Assembly (NCBI RefSeq): GCF_009914755.1
Contig: NC_060932.1
Length of the DNA: 64,000 nucleotides
Direction: 5' to 3' (one strand)
Source: the human T2T-CHM13v2.0 reference genome, Homo sapiens
Each line of letters begins with the position of its first letter. Positions within the stretch are counted from its first letter, which is position 1. The notes under the pieces are model-generated. The model saw nothing but the letters and a program-made list of their open reading frames with translations. It was not told the origin of the DNA and searched no databases. Below, one piece after another: positions 1-13,199 of this stretch. A program made the translations under genes and the position numbers.

Positions 1-81
1 GGGGCTGGGAAACTGTCGGGGGGGTGAGCTGCTGAGACTGAAGACCAAGCAGGATGGTCTCAGGGTACCCAAATTTGAGGT

Positions 82-445
82 TGTTATGGACTGAATATAT
101 CCCCCAAATTTATATGCTGAAACCCTAATCCCCCTGTGATAGTATTTGGAGATGGGTCTTTGGGAGGTAATTTAGGTCATGAGGGCAGAGCCCCCATGAT
201 GGGATTAGTGCCCTTATAAAAAGAGATGGGACAGAGCTTGCTTTTTCTCCCTGCTCTCCATCATGTGAGGATAAAGCAAGAAGACAGCCTTCTGCAAACT
301 AGGAGGAGAGTCCTCACCAGAACCTGGCCATGCTGGCACACTTCTCTCAAACTTCACAGCTTCCTCAAATATGAGAAATAACTTCTGTTGTTCAATTCAC
401 CCAGTCTATGGCGATTGGTTATGACAGCCTGAGCTAACAAAGACA
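82..445 (+). mobile_element. MLT1A/MLT1A0-type MaLR solo LTR
   Basis: TGTTATGGACTGAAT start and ...GAGCTAACAAAGACA end; internal GGGATTAGTGCCCTTATAAAA resembles MLT1A. Confidence 0.8.
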
Positions 446-699
446 GGAGCCCTGGGGCTGAGGGTCACATTCAGCTTCTCCTCTCAGCCAACTTCTAACT
501 AGGTCCCTGAGTGGGCTGGATGCTTTTCCCACCCATACAAGGGCAACCATTAGCTTCTGGACACCCTGGCTGTGGGACAGATGAAGGAGGAAATGGTGTT
601 GCATGTTTCAAACTGTACCCCAACCCTAGATGAGGTGATATGCCCAGCATCTTCACAGGATTCCTTTGAAACACCCACTTCGCTGGTAATTACAGTTTA

Positions 700-830
700 G
701 TATCTGTCTTCCTTGCTAAATCATGAGCTTCTCAAGGGCAGGACTGAGTCCCTTGTTCACTGTGTGTCTGCAGCACTCAGCTCAATGTCTTGTACATAAA
801 TATGTGTTAAATTAATCAATAGTTAACAAA
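700..830 (+). mobile_element. L2 3' end fragment
   Basis: GAGCTTCTCAAGGGCAGGACTG...TTGTTCACTG...AAATATGTGTTAAATTAAT resembles the L2 3' terminus. Confidence 0.6.
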
Positions 831-994
831 ATGTTAAAATGGAACTCTTTCTGTTCCCAAAGTCTAGAATCAAAAAGGTGATTAGTATCTCTAAGTTCCA
901 GAGAGAGAGACAATGGATCAAATGTGTGGGGCTCACCTAAATGTGTGAGGTCACCTAAACTGCTTTTGCCACCTGTACTGTAATAGTTCTATTT

Positions 995-1190
995 AGGCCC
1001 TCAGTTGATTGGTTGATGCTCTTCTACATTGGTGAGGCAGATTGTCTGTACTCAGTCTACTGATTCAAATGCTAATCTCTTCCAGAAACATCCTCACAGA
1101 TATACCCAGAAATAATGTTTTACCAGCTATCCGAGGATGTATCAAAGCATCCTTCAGCCCAGTCGAGTTGACACATACACTTAACCATCC
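995..1190 (-). mobile_element. MLT2 (ERVL LTR) 5' fragment
   Basis: Reverse complement begins GATGGTTAAGTGTATGTGTCAACTCGACTGG; CCAGAAACATCCTCACAGA block typical of MLT2B/D. Confidence 0.75.
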
Positions 1191-1264
1191 CAAGGGGATT
1201 TGAGGCAGAAGCCTTTTCATGTCTTTCCTGGAAATCACAGAAGTAGAGGACTGCTGGGGTGCAA

Positions 1265-1460
1265 TATAAGACCTGGGTTCAAATCTGCTCATTCTCCATC
1301 TAGTTGTGCAAGCAAGGACAAGTCACTTCTCTGAACACACTGCTCATCATCAGGAAGATGGGAATAATGAGAGCTTGTCTTTCAGAGCTGTTTCAAAACT
1401 TAGAGAGTTGTAAAAAGTGCTCAGTACAGAGTAGGCATTCAATAAAGGATAGTGGCAATA
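1265..1460 (+). mobile_element. MIR SINE
   Basis: AGACCTGGGTTCAAATC B-box-like start; core CAAGTCACTT...GATGGGAATAAT. Confidence 0.7.
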
Positions 1461-2351
1461 ATAACAACAATAAGACTGCTATTGTTATTCCCCGTTCTGA
1501 GAAAACCACCTTGCATTTAATAGATGTTCAATGAATTATTCTGGCTGAGTTAATTTTCTTTTGATACTCAAAAACAGGAATGTCCTGACTGCAGACAAAA
1601 AGGCTCACTCAATTAACTCCATGTTTTGAAGTGTCAATAAGGGCAGAAAAAAGGCATTTCTTTGCTTCTTGTTTTTATGATCTCATCATCTGCTATGGTT
1701 TTTAGATGGGAAAATGTGATTGTCAATTAAGAATCTGAAAAAGTGTTCCCTTTATTAAAAGACACACACACAAAACATAAGCACCATATTTCACACTGAA
1801 TCGGAGCTGCTGCTGGCTAGCTGAAATTTACTGCCTCATGTCCCAGCAAAGAGAATTTGCAGCTGGATTAATGCCCCTTTCTCTGGTAGTGAATCAATTT
1901 TGTACATATGGCCATATTTTCACCCAAGTGATAGGCAGCAATGGCTGCTATTTTGTAGTCACTGTAGGAAAACTCAGGGGTACCTCCCAAGAAAGGCACT
2001 TTGAGCATCCTCCATGAATAATGTAGCATCATGACATTTTCTGGGGAGAGGCATTTTAGCAAGTCCAGCTTGGTCATTTCAAAAATGGGAAAACTGAGAT
2101 GGGGCCTTAGCAAAGCACATACGCTCCTCTCCATCAGGCTGGGTTCCTCACTGTGGCCTCTGAGAGTGGTCCCAGAAGCCTCTCCAAATGCTCCATCCAG
2201 AGAGTCTTCTGGGGCCACTTTCCTCTTTGCATCCCACATTCTGGGAATGCCGGGCTTCTTCCTTCCTGGCCTCATGCACCCCTTCCTCTGCCTGGCCTGG
2301 CTGCATTGTGACTCTTCCTGGGGTTCTTCTGTTGTCCCTCAGCGGAGGAGT

Positions 2352-2712
2352 TGTATTTGTTTGTTCTCATGCTGCTAATAAAGACATACCCAAGACTGGG
2401 TAATTTAAAAGAAAAAGAGGTTTAATGGTCTCACAATTCCACATGGCTGAGGAAACCTCACAATCATGGCAGAAGGCAAATAAGGAGCAAAGTCATGTCT
2501 TACATGGTGGCAGGCAAGAAAGCGTGTACAGAACGGCCCTTTATAAAACCATCAGATCTCATGAGACTTATTCACTATCACAAGAACGGCATGGGAAAAA
2601 CCTGTCCCCATGACTCAATTACCTCCCAACAGGTCCCTCCCACAACATGTGGGGATTTGGGGAGCTACAATCCAAGATGAGATTTGGATGTGGACACAGC
2701 CAAACCTTATCA
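2352..2712 (-). mobile_element. THE1 (THE1C/D-like) MaLR solo LTR
   Basis: TGTATT...GCTAATAAAGACATACCCAAGACTGGGTAATTT...CAAACCTTATCA; TSD GGAGT/GGAGA. Confidence 0.9.
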
Positions 2713-3149
2713 GGAGAGTTCTAGGTTAGGCTCCTGTTGTGTGCTCCTCTCAGCCAGAAAGTTGTCATGGCACTTACACATGTGTCTTTAATCAATGAAT
2801 GTTTAGCACCAGGCTTCCTTCGTAAGCATCTTCCCTGTACAGATTCCAGGCTCCATGAAGGCCAGCCCCCTCAGTCCCCTGCATTGAGCCCTGAGCATCT
2901 TTGTGGAAGGAATGAATTTGCGATAGCTGGATGACTGCAAGGTCCAGATGTGGAGACATGTGGCAGCATCTAGTGGGGTGGTAAGAAGCTCCTTATGTTT
3001 GAAATGAAGGTTCTGGGCAAGTGGAGGGAGATGAGATTGGTGAGGTGGGTGGGTAGGCTGGGAGGACACACCATGTCTTACCGGATCATGCACAGATGTC
3101 TGGGCCCTCTGCCTCTATGCTGGAAGACGTGGCCTGGTTGGGGTGTGAG

Positions 3150-3310
3150 TTAGAACCATACTCTCCAAACTCTGTTGTGCAGAGGAATCACCTGGGGGTA
3201 GCGTGAAAATGCACATGGAGACTTCCTAGGTCTGAGTGGCACCTGAGGGTATATATTTCCCACAAGCTCCGGGGTGAGGCCAGTGCTGCTGGCTTTAGAG
3301 CCATCATTTC
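3150..3310. mobile_element. MER5A-like hAT-Charlie MITE
   Basis: GAATCACCTGGG...TTTCCCACAAGCTCCGGGGTGA...GCTGCTGG. Confidence 0.6.
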
Positions 3311-4214
3311 CATCAGTTAGTGGAGGATGGCATGGAGGCTGAGGGGGAGGGAGGCCGAGACTCCAGTTTGGAGGCAGTCAGAGTGGTCTAGGGTCATGAA
3401 GAGGCAGAGCAGCAGGGATGGAAGGAGAGGCAGCCCGTGGAACTCAACCACCATCGGTCATCATGAGGGTTCGGGTATCTGATGCTTGGATTTCCTTAAA
3501 AATTTAGTGTCTAGTGGCATGTACCTCACCTGTCAGTGCTTATGGTTGCTTATTTCAAAACTGAAAGAACTCTATTAAAAAAATAATGGACTGTGCAGCC
3601 ATGCTGCTCTCTGTACCCTGGTACCCTGTGCTGGGCAGAAGACTAGAGTCCTTTCCAGTTCCAGATGAGATTCAGGTCCTCCAGGTGTGGGGCTGGAGCC
3701 TTGGCCTTGAACCCAGCTCCTCTGTTTGGAACCTAAGCCTGCTACACCCCTCTCTACTGGGCCTGACCACTGTTTTCCTACCCAGATAAGCTGGGCCAGC
3801 CAGCTTCATGCAGCTGCCACATGGTCCTGTTGTTCCTCAGCCTGCAGCTCAGACCCTCCTGTGTCAGAGGAGTCAGGGGAGGCCACAGGGGATTGGTTAA
3901 GAATTTGGATTTATTCTAACTGCAAGAGAAAGCTTTTGGTTTTTTAAAATTTATTTGACTCTGATCAGCCCAGATACACAGCCCGTCTTTGGCACCGGAC
4001 TTATGTGCTGGTCATCTTTCACCTGCAAGGACAGCCCTCTTGCAGAGACCACCACTGCCCTGCCCCTGCCTGGTGCACTTCTTTCCTTCTGGGATACCAG
4101 TCATCTTGGGCCAAGCCTACCAGAGTCATGATAGTCCCTGACAAGAGCCACTTGGGTAGAAGCCACCTAGGACAGAGTCCGCTGGTCACCCACCCATGTC
4201 TATTCTCTTCTTCC

Positions 4215-4485
4215 CTAACAACAAACCAATACAACTCCCATTTTGTTAGCGGGAGCAATGACCTGCTAAGAGAGTCTACCTCCCAGCCGCCCTGGTCTTG
4301 GGCTTGGCTGTGTGGCTGGGTTCCCGGATGTGATATGAGGGGAAGTTGCTGGATGCACTTCCCAAAGTGCTCCTGCAAAGGGATCTTATTCACCTGGGAA
4401 TTGCCTTTTGCCCTTCCTCAATTCTCCCTCCTGCTACCTGGAATGAAAGCGTGGAGGCTGGAACCCCATCACCTGTGTTGTGGGT
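4215..4485. mobile_element. old MLT1J/K-like MaLR LTR fragment
   Basis: Diverged CTCCCAGCCGCCCT...CCTCCTGCTACCTGGAATG...GGCTGGA pattern. Confidence 0.45.
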
Positions 4486-5402
4486 AACAAATACGTTATT
4501 CATGACCCACTGCCAAGAGCAGTGTGTCCTCGCTTGTTGGCAGTTCCAGCTTCTCATGTGGGTCTCTTACATTCCATCCGGCACCTAGGACTTCTCAATG
4601 AGTGCACCTCATTTCTCTCTCCACAGTATGCTTGGCTGGTTCCAAGTCCACAGGAGAAATTCTGGCACTCTCTAGTCCCTGCTCCTGCTCTGCTGTGAGA
4701 CCACAGACCCCAGCTCTGCCACCTGTTGGGATGGGCAGAAAGAGCAAACCCCAGGTGTGCTGGGCACCATGCTCTATTAATAATATATTAGTAATATTCC
4801 CGGTTATATTACATGGTATATTTGGGACTAGTCCATCATAAAACAAGTCCTGGAGAAAAGCATATTTGTTGCATTCTTTACTGTTGAAAAAGCAGTCTCA
4901 GAGAGATTCTCCAATTCATCATTCCTTTTGCTCCTCACTGGATAATCATTTGTGGCTCTCCTGCTATGAGCTGGAACTTTATGGACTAGATAGATAATAT
5001 CTTTAATATTACTGAGTTGGCTTTCTAGGGAAAGAGATAAACAGTTGATAAATTGGCAAACATGGACAAAACCAGAAAATAGTGTGATTTGGACAATTAA
5101 AATAGGCCGATGGGGCAGAGAATGACCGAGTGATGGAGGAAGGAAGGTAAGAGACATTTAGATTGAGTGACAGAAAGGGACTGGGCACCAGTTCTTTAAA
5201 ACTCAGTGAGAAGAACTTTCTGGTGAGGAAGAACAGCCAGGACAATGGTCCTCATGCAGGAACTGGCCTGGATGTTTGGGGAATTGAGGGTGGGTGAATG
5301 GAGCCACGCGGGACAAAAAAGGAGGCACGGGAGACCACGGGGCCTCGGCAGGCTTTGGTTAAGAATCTGAATTTTATACTAAGTGCAAAAAGAAGGTTTG
5401 GA

Positions 5403-5978
5403 TTTTTTTAATTATTTGAAAATAATTTTAGATTTACAGAAAAGTTGCAAAGACAGCACAGAGAGTTCCTGTCTACCCTTCACCAGCTTCCTCTCATGTT
5501 AACATCTTACATAACCATGGCCCATTTATCAATGCTAAAAATTAACACTGATGTAACCCTCTTAACTAAGCTACAGACTTTATTCAGATTTCAGTGGCTT
5601 GTTCACTGATGTCCCTTTTCTGTCCCAGAATCCTATCCAGGATCCTACGCTGCATTTAGTCATCCCGGCTCCTGAGGCTCCTCCGATCTGTGACAACTTC
5701 TGGGTCTGTCCTTGTTTTTCATGACCTGATGCTTTTGAAGAGCAGCAGTCAGCATCTTGCAGAATGTTCCTCAGTTTGGATTTATCTACAGTTTTCTTGT
5801 GATTAGACTGAGGCTGTGGGTTTTGGGGAAGAAGATGGAGTGCCCTTCTTATCACATTGTATCTTATCAGAGAGTAAGTGGTTGCAAGAAGATCTATCCC
5901 TGGTGGCATGAACCTTGTTGCCTTCAATAGGGTGGTGACTGCCAGGATTCCTCACTGGAGAGCTGCTGTTTTTCCCAT
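5403..5978 (-). mobile_element. L1MC/L1MD-type 3' UTR fragment
   Basis: TTTAGATTTACAGAAAAGTTGCAAAGA...GTTAACATCTTACATAACCATGG...CCAGGATCC. Confidence 0.75.
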
Positions 5979-5979
5979 C

Positions 5980-6409
5980 CGTATCAGTTTCCAGGGCTGC
6001 TGTAACAAATCACCACAAACTAGATAGCTTAAAACAACAGAAATTCATTCCCACAGAGGATGGAAGCCAGAAGTCTGAAATCAAGGTGTCTGCAGAGCCA
6101 TACTACTTCTGGAGGCTCCAGGGAGGATCCATCCTCGCCTCTTCCAGCTTCTGCTGGTTGCCAACAGCCCCTGGGGACCCCTCACTCCAGTCTCTGCCTC
6201 TGTCTTCACATAGCCTTCTCCTTGCATGACTCGGCATGTCTGTGTCTCTGAGTCTTATAAGAACACCAGTCGTCTTGGGTCTACGGCCCACCCTCATCTT
6301 AACCAGTCACATCTGCATAACCCCAGTTTCCAAATAAGGCCACATTCACAGGTACCAGGGGTTAGGACTTCATCATACCGTTATAGGGCACATGATTCCA
6401 CCCATAACA
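5980..6409 (-). mobile_element. MLT1C-type MaLR solo LTR
   Basis: GTATCAGTTTCCAGGGCTGCTGTAACAAATCACCACAAACT...CCACCCATAACA. Confidence 0.8.
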
Positions 6410-6872
6410 ACTCCTTCGATTTACACTTGGCAATGATCACTTTCGCTGCTTTATGCAGAATGCTCTGTTGGGGGTAAGGGCAAAGCAGGGAGGCCAATTA
6501 AAAGGTCATCACTGTCACTGAGGCAAGAAAAGGGACACTAGGGGTCTAGACCAGGGTGGGGGCAAAGGCCCTGGAGGGCAGGGTCTGCACTCAGAATACA
6601 TTTTGGAGGCGGAGCCAATAGGACCTGCTGGTGAGTGGGTGTGTGTGTGGGATATTGAGGGAAAGACAAGAATCAATGACTCTCCAGTGTTTGGCTGGAG
6701 CCACAGTAAGGTGCCACTTAGTGTGACACAGGAGACCCATGGAGGGACAGGCTGGCAGTGCTACGTCTGATCATGTTAGGACATCCAAGGAGGGAGGTTA
6801 AGGTGCTACATCTCCCAGCCCCAGAGGAGTTGAGGGGTCTCCCAGCAAAGCAATGACAGCCGCAAGAGAAGA

Positions 6873-7261
<389 letters not shown>

Positions 7262-8199
7262 TCAGGTTTGATTCACTTTAAAGATTAACAACCCATTTCC
7301 TGAGGGGGATAAAAGGCAAAACCTTTCTGACCACCTAAAATGAAAGATCTTAATCTAATTCTGTACACTCCTGGCAGCTGTGGTTACATATGCCCACCTC
7401 GTCAGCGATCACACAGTCCAATCTAAAGAGTTTTCTGTTCTCTTTTCAGAAAGCAAAGGTTCCTCGGGCATCCTGAGTTCTGTGTGTGGGGCCGCGGCTG
7501 TTTCTGTTGAGCGCTTGGGTGCCTTAATGGCCCGGCATTGATTAGAACTATTGACCTCTTGGTTTCAAGTAACTGACAAGGTTTCCAATGGATCCAGATA
7601 ATTAAGGCTTCTCAAATGGCAACTAATAATTTGCATTTGCAGTGCGGCCAGCCTTAGGCGCTCGGGGAACCCACACAGGTGAGAAATGAAAGAAAAAGCT
7701 CTTCCTGGTGGTCATCTGATCTTTCCTAATGGAGTCTTAGAAAAATCATTTCGCCCTCCCGCCCTATCTTGCTGAAGTTATTAAGTGACCTAGGGGAGCT
7801 ATTTTCATTTATTGGAAAGCACTTGGGACCAGCTCACAGCATTAAGGAGTGTGGGGTGGTTCTCAAGTCTATCTCCTGCTTCTCATCCCTCTGTCACTCA
7901 CAAGGACACCCCCAGAGGGTCTATTCTAAGAGGTCTTTGTGCTTCCAGCCCCTCCCTCCTCGAATCCCTCTTTCACATTGTCACCAGTAAGATCTTCCTA
8001 AGCCCAAGTTTGGACCATTGTCCTTCTGCTTTCACACCTCCATTGTATCCAGAATTAAAGTCCAAATTCCTGTGTAAGATGGGTCCTAATTCTTTGCACC
8101 CCCCACTTCCTCCCTCCACACCCCTGCCTAGATCGAAGTGGATACAGTGGGTGTAGATCCTTAAACATGAAATTCAGACTTACCCATGTGAATTTCTTA

Positions 8200-8526
8200 G
8201 CACTGGAATATCAGTGGGTGAGCCCTGAATGGAGTCCTGACATGTGCTTGAGTGGCTGGGGTCACCCTCTTGAGGTCTGGTGATCTGCCGATGAGAAGAG
8301 CATGCCAGCAGCAGCTGCTGGGCCAAGGACAATAAGAAACATGTGGAACCGACTGGGACCCACGCTGCAGCCTGGAGCCCAGCCACACCACGCCTGGTGT
8401 AGATCAGCGAAGCCACGACCAGCCCACACAACTGTGGAATGTGAGAACTGGTGCTTATTGTCACAAGCAACTGAGTTTGGGGGTGGCTTGTTATGCAGCA
8501 TTGTTAACGCCATAGCTGACAGATAC
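8200..8526 (+). mobile_element. MLT1I/H-like MaLR LTR
   Basis: GAGAAGAGCATGCC...GCTTATTGTCACAAGCAACTGAGTTTGGGGGTGGCTTGTTATGCAGCATT...AGCTGACAGATAC. Confidence 0.65.
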
Positions 8527-8749
8527 TTCCCACATCGTATGATGGTTAATTACATATGAACTTCCCCCCTCAAGACTAAGATATTAAAGGCAAAGACCCT
8601 GCTCCTCCTTATCCCAGATACAGCTCAGAGCTGTAATACAATAGGTGCTCAGAAATTGTTGGGAGAAACTAAAATAACTGCACAGGAAGCAAACCCAAAA
8701 AAAGGAGAAAAAATCTTTTTTGGGGGAATGGATTGTTTATAACACATGT

Positions 8750-8950
8750 GTAACAATAACAACAGTATTTATGGAGCATTAGCTGTGTGCCAGGCTGAGT
8801 TCTAACACTTTTAAATCCATTTCCTCATTTACTGTTATTATCCTTGTTTTTCAGGTGACAGAGCTGAGGCTCAGTGAGGTTGAGGGGTTTGCCCCAAGCA
8901 CACGGACACTGAGGGGAGGAGCCGTGCTTTTCAGCATTTCTGTGTATTAT
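8750..8950 (-). mobile_element. MIR SINE
   Basis: TATTTATGGAGC...TGTGCCAGGC...CTGAGGCTCAGTGAGGTT. Confidence 0.7.
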
Positions 8951-9524
8951 TTCCTTTTATCACATAGAGTGAGAGCTGGGCTGCCCAACCCTGTAAGGAT
9001 GGCAAGTGAGGCCCTGAGGCTAAGGAACCTCACCAGTTGGAACAAGACATCAGGATTTGAACCAGTTTCTGTTTGCTCCCAAAGCCAGACGCTGAAATGG
9101 GGCAATGCAAAAGCTCTCCTGGGAAAAAACAAGGCTGGGATGAGGCCAAGGAGAGAAGGTGCTGAGTGTAGGGACAGTGAGCGTGGGGACTGTGTTGGGA
9201 ACAGAGACGCAGAGAGGGGGAGCTCAGATAGGGCTGGGTAGGGGAGATTCTGGTAGGCAGTTGGATTTCATTCTGTCCTCTCGGTAGAAAAGGCTCTGGC
9301 TCCAAATGTGTGGAGCACAGGAGTGCAACATAACTGTCAACTCGTTTTCTTCTGGAATCCATCTGAACTGACTCCATCCTGGAGCCCTGGCTCCTGGGTG
9401 GGCTTGATTTCCTGGCTTTTCATCACTGCTCCTGTGGCCAGCTGATGTTTACTGTCACTGGTGAGCCAGCCTTCCAGGCTCTGTCCTGTTCATCGTGTGG
9501 GCCCTGGGCCAGACACACTTCTGT

Positions 9525-9760
9525 CATAATAGCAGACAGTTACTGAGCACATGATAAGCACATTCCCCTCGTGCACTCATGTTAGCCTCACAATGGCCTA
9601 GAAACTAAAAGCTGTTACCGTTCCCACTTTACAGAGAAGGAAACTGAGTTGCAGATGTTAGTAGCTGCCAAGTTTACACAGTTAGCAGGTGGTAGAGTGA
9701 GGATTTGGCCCCAGGCATTCTAACCACTGAGACCAGGCTCTCAGCCACCAAGCCATGCTT
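9525..9760 (-). mobile_element. MIR SINE
   Basis: CCCACTTTACAGAGAAGGAAACTGAG core; GGATTTGGCCCCAGG. Confidence 0.7.
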
Positions 9761-10867
9761 GCCACATGAATACAAGGATTCTCTCAGTCCTCGCCTGTTA
9801 TCTTCTTCCTTGCTCGCCCCTCACTTCCCCTGGGCTACCCAGCTACCTATATATTTCATTTTTGTAAATTAGAAAAAAGGTGCCCTTCCTTTTGGACAGA
9901 TGTAGCCCCCCATCAGGGTGCAAACCTTGGTGAGTGGCATGTGGGCTGACCTCAGCTCTCTCTGCACCCTTGTTCAGCGCACCCCTCACCTCCCTCCACT
10001 ATGAGCAGCTGGCAACACCCTGGTTTGGTGTTGCAAGCCTGGCTGTTCTCCAGGTTCCACCCAGATGGCTGTTCTGGCATCTGTCGTTGCCTCACCAGGT
10101 GGGGATGGTTGGCAGGGAGGATGCAGACCCTTGTCCCCAATCCCAGCCAGCCAGGCTGCTGCACAAGGGGTAGGGTGTTTGGCAACAGCTGCAGGGAGGT
10201 GAGTAGGGTGAGAAAAGAAAGGATGAGAAGGGAAAGGTTTTGATTTTTCTTACGTTGGAGTCAGAAAAAATTAAATTTAACTCCCGACCAGCCCCTCTAC
10301 TGGCCTGTGCAGCACCTTTTTGAGAATAAGAAAACGCTGCCCATCCCTTAAACCTTTCACTGCCAACTGCAGAGAAAGTGTCCCAAACCATAATAATGAC
10401 AAATGTAAATGGCACCCCAGAGCTGCACAGTGGACAACATGAACAACTGTGTATGGCGGCCCTGATCCTGACAAGTCACAGTGTTCTTGAACTTCATTAT
10501 CTTCACCCATAAAGAGCAGTTTTATAGTCCTTATAGAAATCGGTTAATATGCGTTAACTGATACTATATTATTATTGTTGCTGTTGTCAGATTTCAGTAC
10601 TGATAGAAATGATTGTGATATTGATGAAGACACTAGGCATTGATAGAGGATTTATGCTCTTCCAATGAGGTTTCAAATCTATTTTCTAATTGTCTGGTAC
10701 AGTCACATAGCGGTCTATATATCCATTTTACAGGTCAGGAAACTAACTGATGTATTATTCAGTGGCTTGGACAGAACAAGACAATCAGGAAAATCAAAAG
10801 CAGCATTCCAACTCCCCCAGTTCTCACTCAGCTTCTCACCATGGTCCTCTGCCCTTCTGGAGCAGTG

Positions 10868-10910
10868 GTGTGTGTGTGTGTGTGTGTGTGAGTGTGTGTG
10901 TGTCTGTGGT
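10868..10910. repeat. (GT)n microsatellite
   Basis: Directly visible. Confidence 0.95.
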
Positions 10911-11300
10911 GTCTTTGTTCAGTGTGTCTTTGTTCAAAGTGTACCGTTGTTGGAAAGTTTTATTAAGTTGCCTTCTGTCATTGTTCCAGATTTATTGCGT
11001 TAATTTGTTTTGGCTTTTTATACACAGGAGCTGCATTTTCCTTTGTTCTACCCCAGTTTGAACCTGCCTGTAGGGTATAAAAATATATTTTTATATTTCA
11101 GCCTCTACAGTTTTCTTCTCCAGTGACCAATGTTAAGCAAGAAAATGATTTACTTTGGACTTGAGGGTCAGCAAACTGTTAAGTCATTTGTACCAGTAGC
11201 ACTCATATATTTATGGAGAAAAACATGTACACATGCGCTAGGACCATCGAAGGCCACTGGAGTCCTGTGGGATGAGCCAAAATTTTCAGGGGAATTGTGG

Positions 11301-11330
11301 TCTCTCTCTCTCTCTGTCTCTCTCTCTCTG
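11301..11330. repeat. (CT)n microsatellite
   Basis: Directly visible. Confidence 0.9.
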
Positions 11331-11649
11331 TCATTTCACAATATATCATCTACCCTGAGGAGATTCTCCCACAGAAATGCCCACTCCACAAGGGGGTCTC
11401 TGAGACCTCCACAGAGCTCCCTGGTCTTGTCCCCCCATCCCAGCCATATGGGCTCTTGATGGGTCCCCTGTGAGCTGGCCATGCAGAGGTGATGTCTTAA
11501 TCTGTGTTCTTTCTCCCACAGCTTCATGGAGGCTGCCCACTGGCAGACTCCATTGTCTCTGGAAAAGTTAAAATGATACCTTGAGACGGTGTGTCACTCA
11601 AAGATTTTACGACATACATACATAACAACATTGTGTGGGGAGCCACTGG

Positions 11650-11815
11650 GGGAAGGAAGAAAGGAAGGAAAGATGTTGGAAGGAAGGAAAGGAAGAGAGA
11701 AGGAGGGAGGAAGAAAAGAATGAAAAGAAAGGAAGGAAGGAAAGAAGAGATAGAAGGAAAGAAGAAAAGAAGGAGAGAAAGAAGGAAAAAAGGAAACGAG
11801 GGAGGGAGGGATGAG
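11650..11815. repeat. GA-rich (GGAA/GAAA) polypurine tract
   Basis: About 165 bp almost exclusively purine. Confidence 0.9.
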
Positions 11816-11842
11816 AAGCAAGACTAGAGTTTGAGATTGTGA

Positions 11843-12175
<333 letters not shown>

Positions 12176-12475
12176 TCATTTAACTCTTCTATGCAGGTAT
12201 GCAAACTTGTATTTTCCTCCCTCTCTCTTCCAGATGATAGTCACTGGCATCCCCTGTAACTTACATTCCCTGATGCCTCTCTCCAGGCACCCTCTCCCCC
12301 GCCACCCACCATAGGCAGGGCATGTCCGACTCCAAAGTGTCATTTTTGACCCCTCACTTGCTTACTCCCATTTTCAATCCATCAACAGATCTTGTTATTT
12401 TCATGCCTTTCTGTCCACTTTCCTGTCTCCACCATAACTGCCACCAAGGCAAAGCTCCCACTAAAGCCCCCACAG

Positions 12476-12571
12476 CCCATCTCCACCTGCACATCCACTG
12501 AGCAGACGCCATCTCTGCCTGCACATCCACCTAGCGGACCCCATCTCCGCCTGCACATCCACTGAGCAGAC
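12476..12571. repeat. 32-bp tandem repeat x3
   Basis: CCCATCTCCRCCTGCACATCCACTGAGCAGAC units start at 12476, 12508 and 12540. Confidence 0.9.
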
Positions 12572-13199
12572 CTTCCAACTGACACCCACCTGCTCCCATC
12601 ACTCCCCTGCATAGCCCCCCCAAGGGCTCCCTCCTGCTCTTAGAGCAGAACCCGACTTCTTGCCCCATCTATGAAATCCTGAACTGTCAGTCAAGGTTCT
12701 CAGTTGCAAACCACAGAGCACCCTCTGCATAGAAAGAAATCTATCGAAGGAGAGCACGTGGCTTTCAGTATCTCCAAGAAAGCAAGAGAATCAGGCATGG
12801 GACCTTCACCACCAGGTACAATGCCCCCATCATGGGGCATGGCTGCTCCCACGAGTGAGGCCACCCTCCCAGGATGGGAAGGAGTTCCTGGTTTCTGATT
12901 TGGGAGATGTGGGCTGAAAATGGGGAGGACTCAGACACCAGGCAGGTGTTTGAGAGATTCTCGCGCAGACACGTGGCAGGATGTGGACAGTAGTCCCCAC
13001 AACAACTGTGCACACCCTGCCCAGCCCATCTCAGATGCCCTCAGCAGCCATCCTTGCCCCCTGTGACTCTTCTTCCCTTTCCTCCCTGCCCACAGCCCAC
13101 TCCTCCTTCAGCTGTCTCCAGTGGCCCCTGCTGCAGGTCTGTCTTCTCCCCCGACACCCTGCTGAACCAGGTCTCTCTGCCCCCCTCTCTCATTGGTCT

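Larger units (their letters stand above)
4920..6830 (-). mobile_element. L2 fragments interrupted by younger L1M and MLT1C insertions
   Basis: Purine-rich L2 antisense tracts, e.g. GAATTTTATACTAAGTGC, ATGATCACTTTCGCTGCTT, ATTTTGGAGGCGGAGCCAATAGGACCTGCTG. Confidence 0.55.

Noticed and set aside
9900-9929. 30-nt plus-strand microexon (CAG|...TTG|GTGAGT)
   Set aside because: Short pyrimidine tract and no supporting gene context; such pairs occur by chance in 64 kb.
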